Shown here one piece after another: positions 1 through 15,839 of a stretch of DNA of 64,000 bases; the first letter of the stretch is position 1; each line of letters opens with the position of its first letter. A program made the translations under genes and the position numbers. The DNA is from the human T2T-CHM13v2.0 reference genome, Homo sapiens. The stretch lies in assembly GCF_009914755.1 (NCBI RefSeq), contig NC_060926.1; one strand, given 5' to 3'. A model generated the notes under the pieces. The model was not told where the DNA came from. It saw nothing but the letters and a program-made list of their open reading frames with translations, and searched no databases.

Positions 1-992
1 TAATAAAAAGAAGTGGAGGAAAGCAAAATAAAACAAAACACAAAAAGCTTAGTACCATGAAATGTGACGTCTCTCTCCTATTCTTTCCATTACTTGACAC
101 CAAGAAAATGAAACCTTACTCTTACCATGTGCTGTGTTTTAATAAACTGTACATTAGTTTCATTTAACTGCTCCAGCCCCTGGCTATCCACTTTTCTGTA
201 TATTAGTTTTAAATACACATTGCTTGCAATAACACTGTAGCTGGAGCTGTGCCTCAAGTTAAGAAATGGTTACGATTGCTTTACATTTGCAGTCCCATTG
301 AAAACATTTATTCAATCAAAGGGAAAAATAAATGTGGTCCCTCAGCTTTGTCAAGTATAAACTGTTATTGATCCCCTAAATGAAATTTGTTCATGCTGAT
401 CGATCAAACACATTATCTTTTTTTCAGTCTATTACCAGCAATTGGAAACTCTCAAGCGTCAATAGTCATTTGACCACATACAGCTGTAAATTTGGATGAC
501 AGCTTTCAGACCTGAATTATCTCTCCCTGTCCATCTCTTCCAAAAGTAACGTCGACATTGAGGTGATTTCTCTATGAGCTGATGGCTTAAAAAAATTAAA
601 TAACACATTGGCAATAATTGGTGTATCTAGTGCTAAGCTGCATGGCCACGGGGAAGAGTCAAAGCTATAAAACATGGCTTTAGTGGCAGCAGACCCATAG
701 GCCTCCTCTCCTTTTCCTGATCTTACACTAGAGGCCATCTCAACTTCTTCATACATCACTAATACACAGAATCATTCATTATTGAATTTTCCTCCTCAGA
801 AGTTCTGCTACCATTGGATGGCATCTGACTTACTACCCAACTTTAATGCATGCACCTTACATAACAAACTAATCCACTAGGAGCACAACTCCTCTATAAT
901 GCACCCAACGTTTATATGAAAGATGGACTTCAGGCAAACTTCCAGTTCTGCAAGGTCTTAAAAACCAAGTCTGACCTGACAAAGGCAAACAA

Positions 993-1050
993 ATTCCATT
1001 CATTCATTCATATATTCATTCAGCAAGCTTGTCAGACATTTATTCATTCC
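993..1050. repeat. (CATT)n-like low-complexity tract, possibly an L2 3' tail
   Basis: ttccattcattcattcatatattcattcagc. Confidence 0.4.
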
Positions 1051-3469
1051 AATCTCATATTTCTGTCTTATATTTCTATTTAAGCAACACTATAAAATGT
1101 CCTGTTGTATTATAAGATTTATTACACTGCAAGTCAAAGTGCATTGCCTATACATAATGAAGCATAGTGCAGTAAGTTGATTACATGATGTTGTACTTGT
1201 TCCCAACATAAGCATTTGTATTCTCTATCATAGCCACATAAATCTGACGAGTCCTAGAACAGAGCTAAAGAGTAAAAATATTCCATGGTCATAATCACTC
1301 AAATCAGGCAAATCCCAGAACATATTTAAATATGTGGACTAAAAATGTAAAGTGATTACAGATAACCAGAAGAACATAAGCATTTGTTTTAAATAAGATA
1401 ATGATATCACTCCCATTTCAGTACACAGGAAGAATTCTACTGTCCTTACACTATCTCTCAATAATGAAGGATTTATATTTTATGATAATCTATTGTTAAC
1501 AATTCTTTCAGCAGATGGATACATGTATTGAGCTGGTTCAAATACTGTGGAGTCTTTTCTTAGTTTATAATTTTAGTATTCATTAAAGCAGGTCTTCTGC
1601 TTCTTTTACTATAAAAACAATTTCTCACTATTAGTTTCAAACTCAAGGTATGTCTTCAAAAGGAACTTAATTTAAGGTTGACTGTATTATTTAAAAAGTA
1701 ACTTTCACCTCTTAATAGCCATCATTAGGGACTGACTTTCTACTGCTGTCAATATCGTATATGTTTGTCTTCTGTCTTGCTGATAGGTAATAATTTTCCA
1801 AGCAAGCTTAGGGAGTAGTGACTCTTTATTAAAACTAATAAGAGAGGGAATCACAGGTTTTAAAAGATTACTCTGTAAATTATTACTGACAAGTCTGTCT
1901 TGAACTCCTAAGCTGAAAAGAAACAATGAAAAGTTAACATACCTTGACACCACAGTGAGCTGGCAGCTTTTCTGCCTTGCACTTCCCTAGTATAAAAAGT
2001 ACTTTTTAGCTGGTGCCATTCCACTGTTATATAAAGTTCCATTTTTATCTTATGAACAAAGTAAAAATGAAGGCCCATTGATATAGGAGAAAATATCAAA
2101 TGCATCAACATATAAAACCAGATTTTGAGATTCACTAATTGTAAATCTTAATAATCCAAATATAAATATGATAAGCAGCAAGTAATAGATAACAGAGTTA
2201 AAACCAGAATGATATCAATATAAAACAAAGGTGTGATTGAATGGTAAGGACCAGAAAAGGGAGTATCTAAATTAGGTTTGAAGTTCACAGAAAGTTAGAA
2301 ATAACTCAAATATTAAAGAAACATATTCTCCCGCCAGCTCAAATCACCTTCGTGAGTTTTTGCTCTGTCTTCCATTTTAAGTAGTTTCCACTGGTAGACA
2401 AACTAGAATTGTGGGAGAGAGGTTTTCAAGACAGAAAGCAATGTCTCTGCCTGGTTTTACCATCTGTCAAAATCTCAGAGTCATTGTTCCTTCCATGTCC
2501 CAGTGAATTCACAGAAAGACAAACCTCACATTAACTCTATGATATCAATGACCAATCAAGATATATTTTGGAATTAATTCCTACAACATAATAGATGATT
2601 TTAAAAAACTTGATTATTTCTGCTAATTAGGATAGAAGCAATCGATGTGATTTGTAGTTTAATTTTTACAAATGGCACTATACACAATAAAATGGAAATA
2701 GAGCATTTAAAAATTAATAGTGACAAATAGTACTGAGTGTTTCTATAACATTAAAACATACACATTTCAGAAACCCAAATATAGTTCTCATTTTCTTCTC
2801 ATAGTAGAATCAATACAAGTGACAGAAAGCCCAATTTAGTTGGAGTTTATTTTCATCCTGCATCACTGGATGTGGAAAAAAAAAACAAACAAAAAAAAAC
2901 CTTGATTCCTCAATTTATTCAAACTTCCCCCTATATACTTAATATGACATTTGATTCTGGTTTATTGTTATATAGATGGGAATCCTTAAAGACAATAACC
3001 AAATAAAGACAAATATTCAAAGGGTCAACATTGTGATCATACTTATAGCTCATAATACTATATGTCGGGTTTTCATTAATCGAAAAAACCTCAATTTGAG
3101 CAATACACTTTAATTTGAACCATCACTGTTCAGAGCTTAATTAGTAATAATTTATCATCTAATTGTATTTAGGAACCTCTTGTTCAGCCATGACTTGTTG
3201 TCTCTAAATAGTTTGGGCAGAAGTGCAAAAGAATATGAGTATGTTATATGAATATCTAAGCCAAACTGCCTTTCCATAATAGCTGAGCACAGAATTGGAT
3301 CCCCATTGGTGCAAGAAGTCTGTCTCATTTTTGTTGAAGTAATATTCTGTTTCCTTTGAAATTAACTTTAAAAAGTGTACATATAATTATTAGAATTAAA
3401 GTCATTTTGAATTATTTTGTTTCTAGCTTGATATTAGAGTATCCATCTTAATCATATTTTAAAAATTTT

Positions 3470-3660
3470 AACAATAACTAATGCTTATTAAGCCATGGTT
3501 CCAAGTGTCTTAAATATATTACTTCTTTCCATCTTTACAATCTTAAATGGCATCTTAACTTAACTTGAGCCATCATACAGCTCATTGTGGTGCAGCCAAG
3601 ATTTGAATCCAGAAAGGCAGAATCATATTTCTGCCCTATATGTCTATTTAGACAACACCA
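3470..3660 (-). mobile_element. MIR SINE fragment
   Basis: taacttgagccatcatacagctc...gcagccaagatttgaatccag resembles the reverse complement of the MIR core/tRNA-derived part. Confidence 0.6.
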
Positions 3661-3860
3661 TAAAATGAAAACTGAAAACTATTGCCTCTCAAATAAAACA
3701 ACAATAGCAACAACAAATCTTAAGTGTCCAGGTCTTTCTTTGCTTTTCAAAGGAGAAATTAGAGAAACATATTGAACAAGTGAAAGAAAAATTGAAATTC
3801 TTACTGTTCACTTTGAGAAGACAAAGTACCTCTGCAAACAATAATAAAAAGTCAATGATA

Positions 3861-4165
3861 AGCTGGGCGCAGTGGCTCACACCTGTAATCCCAGCACTTT
3901 GGGAGGCCAAGGCAGGTGGATTGCTTGAGCCCAAGAGTTCAAGACCAGCCTAGGCAACATGGTGAGACTCCCATCTCTACAAAAAAATACAAAAATTAGC
4001 CAGGTGTGTTCTTGTGTGCCTGTAGTCCCAGCTGCTCCAAAGGCTGAGTCAGGAGGATTGCTTGAGCCCAAGAGGTCAAGGTTGCAATGATCTGTGATCG
4101 TGCCACTGCACTATAGCCTGGGCCACAGAGAGAGACCCTATCTCAAAAAAAAAAAAAAAAAAAAA
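3861..4165 (+). mobile_element. AluJ
   Basis: Dimeric Alu with J-type ggattgcttgagccc; poly(A) tail; TSD aaaaagtcaatgata at 3846-3860 and 4161-4175. Confidence 0.95.
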
Positions 4166-4989
4166 GTCAATGATAGGATCATCCTTTGGGCCAACCCAAA
4201 AGAACCCAGGGGTCTTGATATCTATCTACCTGTTTCTCGGAGGTTGCCATCTAACCCTATCTGACAGGCTGAGCAATATTTCTAAGACTGTGAGCAACCC
4301 GAGAGCATGAATGGTATCAAGCTTACTTAATTTTAACGTTATGCCTCTGTGGGGGCAAGCCCAGTATTTGGGCTAATGTCCTTGATGCCATGTGGCAGAC
4401 TGTATGGTATTCTGGATGCTAATCTCAAGGTTTCATGCTGTTATACATAATGATTTTAAGCTAGGAGGGTTCCAGAATGCCCAAATCCTGTCTTCCTACA
4501 CATTGCAGGATTTGTCACAAAAAAACAATAACAGCCAAATCAGAACAAAATACCACTTTATTTAGGGCCTGGCAAGCCCTAGATATTTCCAAATGTAAAA
4601 GTTACTGATAATCACTGAATTGGAAAACATGACTTTGACTTGGAGAGGAAAGTAAAACCTTATATTTCTTCTTAAATCTAAAACAAATGTGTTATAGAGA
4701 AGCTCCCTCCCAATAAACACATCTAGGGAAAGGTACAGAGACAGTGAAATAGAAAAAGATCACACAAAGATGTACATCACTTTTTAAAGCAGTAACCGTG
4801 TCAATTAATGGACATAGTTAAATTAATATCCTGAGCTCTTACCAATATGTTAAGCAACTCTTCTCCCACAGGGGAATGAATGTAGAGGGCTAGAGTAGGG
4901 AAAATGTGGAAAGAATAAATAGAAGAAAGACTTACTCTACTATTGGAAGTACACGGATATGCAAGACATGATAGACCATAAATACTCTG

Positions 4990-5785
4990 CATTATTGTTT
5001 AGTGGTTGCTGTAGGAATTACAATATGCATCCTTAACTTTTTATAGTCTACATAGAGCTAACGTTTTATAGTCTACTTAGAGCTAATATTTTACCACTTT
5101 AAGTAAAACGTGGACAACTTGGAAACATTCCTGTCTTTTTACTCATGCCCATCCTTTATGCTATAATCATTTATCTGCACATATTATAAATCTTACAAAA
5201 ATATATTTTTTTATTTAAAAGTTCTGTGTATTTTAAAGAAATTAGTGGATAATAATAGTATTTTACATTTTTTCAGACATTCATCATTTTTGAGGCTCTT
5301 CATTCCTTCTGGAACATACACATTTTTATCTCATATTAATCCCCTTCAGCCAAAAGAACTTTCTTTAGCATGTTTTATAGAGCAGATCTTTCAGCAATGA
5401 CCTCTCGTAATTTCCTGCCTTCTATTAACCAACAGAGCAATCAAATTTACTTAACTATTTTCTCTATCATCTCCATTCTTCTGATAAGCCTACCCAGTAA
5501 TTAAAAAAACTTAGTTCTTGTGCTGTTATTGAATTTCCATTTGCTTCTTGTTATGGTTTTTTAATTCTGTGCTGAGATTTCTTATCTTTTCTTTCATTGT
5601 GAGTACATATTTCTTTACTCCTTTGAATGTCATTTACTTTAAAATCCTGCTCTGCCAATACCAACACCTGGGGCACATAAGAGTTGGTTTCCATTGATTG
5701 TCTATTTTATTGGAGAATAATTTTAAATAATTTTAATTTAAAATAATTTAAAATTCTACTGCGGACATTGTGAATACTAGGTTGC
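4990..5785 (-). mobile_element. Old L1M (L1ME-like) inter-ORF/ORF1 fragment
   Basis: tttagtggttgctgtaggaattacaatatgcatcc... is typical antisense L1M inter-ORF sequence; T-rich ORF1 remnants follow. Confidence 0.6.
5039..5088. repeat. 25-bp tandem duplication
   Basis: ttttatagtctacatagagctaacg / ttttatagtctacttagagctaata. Confidence 0.85.
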
Positions 5786-6131
5786 TGTGAGTTCCCACCC
5801 TTTCTTCTAGCTCCTGCCTGCCTCCAGATGATTCAGCTTTGATGATCCCCTCAGTGTTCCCAGTGGGGAAGACAGAGAGGCCTTCTGGGCAGAATCCCCC
5901 CACACTGTGCCTTCTTCATGAAGGGGTAACTCAGATAAAGTGAAATTATTCTTCTTACCTTTTTCATGTGTCCACTCAGATTCTTTTGCTCTACCAGGGT
6001 GCTGGAATCTCTCAGTTTTACTCCAGAGTTGCCACAGAGGTACTCTCATCAGTGGTGGGTTCTCAAAGTCAGCATTTGTATGACAGGTTGAGGGATGGGA
6101 TCTCCTACTCCACCATCTTCTGACATAAGTC
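5780..6131 (-). mobile_element. L1M (probably L1MB) extreme 5' end, inverted relative to its body at 15840+
   Basis: Minus strand reads gacttatgtcagaagatggtggagtaggagat..., an L1 5'-start (aagatggcgg-like YY1 motif), and ends at ggaactcacagcaacc. Confidence 0.6.
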
Positions 6132-8378
6132 TTGATTGATTTTCAAATGTTAAGCCAACCTTGCATTTCTGGTATATATCCAACTTTGCATGATGTGTTG
6201 TATTTCTTATATATTGTTTGGTTAAATTTATTCATTTCTTTTAAGAATATTTGCATCTGTGTTCATGAGGTACATTGGCTTGTCATTTTCTTTCCTTGTA
6301 ATGTCTGAGTGGTTTTGGCATAAGTGTAATGCTGGCCTCATAGATTGGTTTAGGGAAAGTTTCTCCTCCTCTCTGATTTTCTGAAAGAGTTTGTGTAGTA
6401 TTATTTCATTTTTGTTTGTTGGAACACATTTGTGAAGCCATCTGTACCTGGAGTTGTTAATTTTGGGGAGGAGGGAGTCATAAACTGTAATGCATTTTCT
6501 TTAATTAAGTCTGCTCCAGATTTTTTTTTCTTGGGTAAACTTTGGTTATTTATGTCTTTCAAGAAATTTGATCAATTTCATTGTTCTTCTCAAAAAACTA
6601 CCTTTATGTTTCATTGATTTTTACCCATTGCTTTTCTATTTAATTTATTATGCTCTGATACTTATTATTTCTGCTTACTTTGGATTTAATTTGCTCTTCT
6701 TGTTCTAATACCTTAAATCTGATCCTAAGGTTACTGATTTGACTTCACTTTTTTTCTGATATAGGTGATTTGTGCTATACATTTACCTTTAAGTGTTACT
6801 AGCATGCCACACATTTTGGTATGTTGTGTTTTTATGTTCATTCAGTTCAAAATACTTTCTAACTTCTCTTTTAATGTTTTTCTTCAACCCATGCAATGTT
6901 AAGAAGTATATTATTTAGTTTCACTATATTTAAGATTTTTCCAGAGATCTTTTTTTAAATTTCTAATTTAATTTTATTGTGATCAGAGAATACACTTTTT
7001 AGAATGCGGATCTTTTAAAATGCATTCAGATTTGTATCATGGCCCAGAATATGGCCTATCTTGGTAAATGTTCTATATACTCTTGAAAAGAATGGAGAAT
7101 ACTGTAGTGTTAGTTATAGGATTCTATAAATATCGATTAAGACAAATAGTGTTTATTTTTTCTATTGTCTTACTGACTTTCTGTCTACTTTTTCTATAGA
7201 TTATTGAAAGAAGAACATTACAATATCCGGTTATAACTATAGATATTTCTATTCCTTATAGCTCTATCGGGTTTTGCTTCATATCTTTTGAAGCTTTGTT
7301 ATTATGTGCCAAAATGTTTCGTTCTTATGATGAATTCACCTGTTTCTCATTAAGAAGTTATTTTTAAATTCTCTGGTAACATTCTTTTCTCTAATTCTAA
7401 TTTGTCTGATATTAATATCGCCATTTTAGTCTTATTTGATTAGTGTTACCATGGCATTTAGTTTCCTATCCTTTAAATTTTAACATAATTTTTCTTTATA
7501 TTTTAATGTTTCTTGAAGGTAGCATATAGCTGGATCTTGTTTTTAAATCCAATCTGTCCATTTTTGCCTGTTAATTGAGGTACACAGACCATCCCTTTTA
7601 ATCTGCTTATATAATATAATTGAGATTAAGACTACCATCATGCCACTTGTTTACTTTTTTTCCATCTATTTTTTGTTCTCATTTTCCTTTTTTCAAAAAA
7701 AAGTTTGGCTTAATTATTTTTTATAATTCCATTTTATCTTCCTTGTTGGCTTATTAGTAACAACTCTTTGCTGTTTTAGTTGTTGCTCTATGTTTATAGT
7801 ATACATTTTTAACTCATCACAATCTACCTGGAAGATATATTATACTTAAGATACAAGAAACTTAAAACAGTAAATTTTCATTTTGTTACTTTTAATCTTG
7901 TGGTTTTATTGCCATACATTTTACTTCTAAATATGTTATAAACTGTGTATTAAGTTATTTTTATAAGTATTGATTTACCTTTTTAAAATATTTAAATAAT
8001 TAGAAATAATTCTTTCATATTTTTCTTGTAGTTATTTTTTCTCATGATCATTATTTTTTGTGTGGATATATATATCCAGTTAATATCATTTTTTCTTCTA
8101 ACTGAAAGTATTTCTTTTACTTTTTTGTAGAAAAAGTTTGCTGGTAATGAATTACTTCATTTTTGTGTCTGAAAAAATCTTTATTTCATATGTCATTTTG
8201 AAAGATGTTTTCAATGGGTATAGAATCCTAGTATTTTAGAGGTATTTCTGACCTATCTTCTCACACGCAATGCTTTCAGCAAGAACTATTTTGGTCATAA
8301 CATTTACATTTTCTCTGACGGCTTTTTTTTTTATTTTATTAGCATTATGATTAAAGTGTACCTTGGTGTAGTTTTCTT
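6132..8378 (-). mobile_element. Old L1MD/MC-type element: ORF2 N-terminal half, inter-ORF and ORF1 3' part
   Basis: Antisense ORF2 motifs (ttgcatctgtgttcatgag, gctggcctcata, cttgaaaagaatg); interrupted by the L1PA at 8379. Confidence 0.8.
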
Positions 8379-8624
8379 TATATATATATATATATATTTT
8401 TTTTTTCATTATACTTTCAGTTCTAGGGTACATGTGCACAATATGCAGGTTTGTTACATATGCATACATGTGCCATGTTGGTATGCTGCACCCATCAACA
8501 CATCATTTACATTAGCTATATCTCCGAATGCTATCCCTCCCTCCTCCCCCAACCCCATGACTGGCCCCGGTGTGTGATGTTACCCACCCTGTGTCCAAGT
8601 GTTCTCATTGTTCAATTCCCACCT

Positions 8625-12458
<3,834 letters not shown>

Positions 12459-12515
12459 GTTAGCTGGTTATTTTGCTGGAAAGTTTATGCAGTTTCTTCC
12501 TAGCATCGATGGTCT

Positions 12516-13541
12516 TTACAATTTGGCATGTTTTTGCAGTGGCTGGTACCAGTTGTTCCTTTCCATGTTTAGTTCTTCATTCAGGAGCTCTTGTAAGGCA
12601 GGCCTGGTGGTGACAAAATCTCTCAGCATTTGCTTGTCTGTAGAGGATTTTATTTCTCCTTCACTTATGAAGCTTAGTTTGGCTGGATATGAAATTCTGG
12701 GTTGAAAATTCTTTTCTTTAAGAATGTTGAATATTGGCCCCTACTCTCTTCTGGTTTGTAGAGTTTCTGCCAAGAGAGCCGCTGTTAATCTGATGGGCTT
12801 CCCTTTGCAGGTAGCCCGACCTTTCTCTCTGGCTGCCCTTAACATTTTTTCCCTCATTCCAACTTTGGTCAATCTAACAATTACGTGTCTTGGAGTTGCT
12901 CTTCTCAAGGAGTATCTTTGTGACATTCTCTGTATTTCCTGAATTTGAATGTTGGCCTGCCTTGCTAGGTTGGGGAAGTTCTCCTGGATAATTTCCTGAA
13001 GAGTGTTTTCCAACTTGGTTCCATTCTTCCCATCACTTTCAGGTACACCAATCAGACGTGGATTTGGTCTTTTCACATAGTCCCATATTTCTTGGAGGCT
13101 TTGTTCATTTCTTTTTACTCTTTTTTCTCTAAACTTCTCTTCTCGCTTCATTTCATTCATTTGATCTTCAATCACTGACACCCTTTCTTCCACTTGATCT
13201 AATCGGCTACTGAAGCTTGTGCATGTGTCAGGTAGTTCTTGTGCCATGGTTTTCAGCTCCATCAGGTCATTTAAGGTCTTCTCTATGCTGTTTATTCTAG
13301 TTAGCCATTCGTCCAATCTTTTTTCAAGGTTTTTAGCTTCTTTGCGTTGGGTTCGAACATCCTCCTTTAGCTCGGAGAAGTTTGTTATTACCAATCGTCT
13401 GAAACCTTCTTCTCTCAACTTGTCAAAGTCATTCTCCATCCAGCTTTGTTCCATTGCTGGTGAGGAGCTGTGTACCTTTGGAGGAGAAGAGGTGCTCTCA
13501 TTTTTAGAATTTTCAGCTTTTCTGCTCTGGTTTCTCCCCAT
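12516..13541 (-). pseudogene. L1 ORF1p, in frame over 342 codons with one nonsense codon (W267*, 12741-12743)
   Basis: The ORF track stops at TRRE*; manual translation past the TAG gives GPIFNILKEKNFQPRISYPAKLSF...QKHAKL* with no further stop. Confidence 0.9.
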
Positions 13542-13960
13542 CTTTGTGGTTTTATCCACCTTTGGTCTTTGATGATGGTGATGTACAGATGGGGTTTTGG
13601 TTTGGTTGTCCTTTCTGTTTGTTAGTTTTCCTTCTAACAGTCAGGACCCTCAGCTGCAGGTCTGTTGGAGTTTGCTGGAGGTCCACTCCAGACCCTGTTT
13701 GCCTGGGTATCACCAATGGAGGCTGCAGAACAGCAAATATCACAGAACAGGAAATGCTGCTGCCTGATCCTTCCTCTGGAAGCTTCATCTCAGAGGGGTA
13801 CCCAGCTGTATGAGGTGTCAGTAGGCCCCTACTGGGAGGTGCCTTCCAATTAGGCTACTCGGAGGTCAGGGACCCACTTAAGGAGGCAGTCTGTCCGTTC
13901 TCAGATCTCAAACTCGGTGCTGGGAGAACCACTACTCTCTTACCTTGGTGTAGTTTTCTT

Positions 13961-15065
13961 CATGTTTCTTGAACATGGGATTTATTCACCTTTTTGGATC
14001 TATATAGGTTTATATTTTTATTAAATTTAGAAAAAATTTCAGTCATTATTTCTCAATTGTTCTTCTATTATGTTCTCTCTTCAGTCTTTTTCTAGGGACT
14101 CCAATTAAATATTTACTATTGAAGTTGACTCCCAACTATTTACTTACAATCTATATACATTTTTGTGTTTTTTTCTGTGTGTTCCATTTCAATTTTTTTT
14201 TAATGATCTATATTCAAGTCAGCCAATCTCTTCTCCTGCAATGTCTAATCTGCCTTTCATCTCTAAAGTCCAATATGGGTATTCTTTTTATATAACTTCT
14301 ATGTTTCTATTTAACATATTAAATATTTCCTCTAGATTTTTTAAACATATGAAATATGGTTATAATAACTATTTTCCTGTCATCGTTTGCTACTTCAACC
14401 ACATTCATCGATTCCAAGTTTATTTTTTGTTGGTTTTCAGCCTCATTATAAGTCATATTTTTAGGTCTTGCTTTTAAAGATGTGTTTGGCATAATCTAAT
14501 CATCTGGGGCTTATTATTGCCTACTACTAAAATGAGACTCACCTGAGTACTCTACTTAATACTCCATAAATTATAAGGTTTTCCAATATGACACTGGTTG
14601 AACAGGCAATATTCATAGCCCTGTGTGAGGCGTTCCTTCTAGTAGAGTCATTCTTTCTCTAATATTGGATAATTTCTTCACATGAGCACACTGATCAATA
14701 CTCTGATCAATGTTTGAAGGCAATCCTCTGAATATCCCTAGAGTTTTGTGTCTGTGCATCTCTAGTAGTCTGCCCTGTGAACTCTAGATGCATTGGCTTC
14801 CCCAGACTCTTCAACTCAGGGAGTCTACTGGGTTCTACCTGGTTTCTCCTTTATGCACTACCCTAGAAACTCTCTCACAACTAATAGGTGGAAGGTGACA
14901 GTACTAACTTTCTTTGCTTCCCATCTCATATAAATCACTTTCCATGTTGTCTAATGTCAAATATCTTGCAAATAATTAAAAAATATGTGCTGTTTGAGTT
15001 TTTAGTTGTTTCTGGTGGAATGGTAAATCTGGAGCCTGTTAGTTCATTGTATAGTGAACGTAAGT
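13961..15065 (-). mobile_element. Continuation (ORF1 and 5' end) of the old L1MD/MC element
   Basis: Resumes after the TSD; ends with gtaaatctggagcctgttag..., resembling the antisense of an L1M 5' terminus. Confidence 0.7.
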
Positions 15066-15839
15066 TTTTCATAGTTTGAAGTGATTCAGTTGATCACCTA
15101 CCTAGGTTTCCTGATTTCCAGAGAAGAATCTTATACTCAGCAAGAAGAGGTAAGGTAAAGAACTAATAATCAACCAATTATCCTTCTGGGAGCATAGACA
15201 GTGGCTGTGTCTGCAGCTGTTTAATTCCTGTATCCTGTTTCTTTCAAGTTTAGGTTTCTTTTTCTTTTTTATGTATTTTTCTAACCTTAGTAAGGGAGGA
15301 CTATAGTCCCTCTTTGAGAAATTTCTGCAAAAATTTTCACTGTAGTCATTGTGCCAAGATTTTCAAAATTTGCTCTTGGAGACTGCAACTCTCTCCCAAA
15401 CATGCTCCCATTCAAGGCCTAGTCACCATTATCTCCTAGTAGCAGCTACAGAAAAAACTTCTGGTAACTGACTTTGGTTTTATGGTACAATGCACAGGTG
15501 GACACTGGAGCTAATTTGTTGCTTTGACATTGACCTAAAATATGTTTTCATTCTGAACTAGACTTAGCTTATTTTCAAATGATTACAAATGTGGCATGGG
15601 AAGCTTCCCGGGCCCACCAAAGACCTGATTTCTGGCTGAAACTCCACTTCCTCTAAGAGATATGATTTATATCTACCATGTAGAGGCTTTTTTACTATCT
15701 ATAAGAACAGTGTATGTGTGAGAAACCCTCTCTGGGTAATTAAAAATGTCTGAATTTATACCAAGTGAGAAAAAAACCAAATTCCCAGGTATGTAATTTT
15801 TCTTCTTCTTTTTTCCAGGAGGATATGGGTATCTTTCAA

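Noticed and set aside
517-759. Short ORFs in unique DNA (also 59326-59628, 59861-60103, 61283-61510)
   Set aside because: No recognisable domain, lengths expected by chance, and no convincing splice-site pairs.
4238-4582. Possible old hAT element (ggttgcca ... tggcaagcccta ends)
   Set aside because: The TIR similarity is weak and no 8-bp TSD was found; it cannot be supported without a Dfam search.
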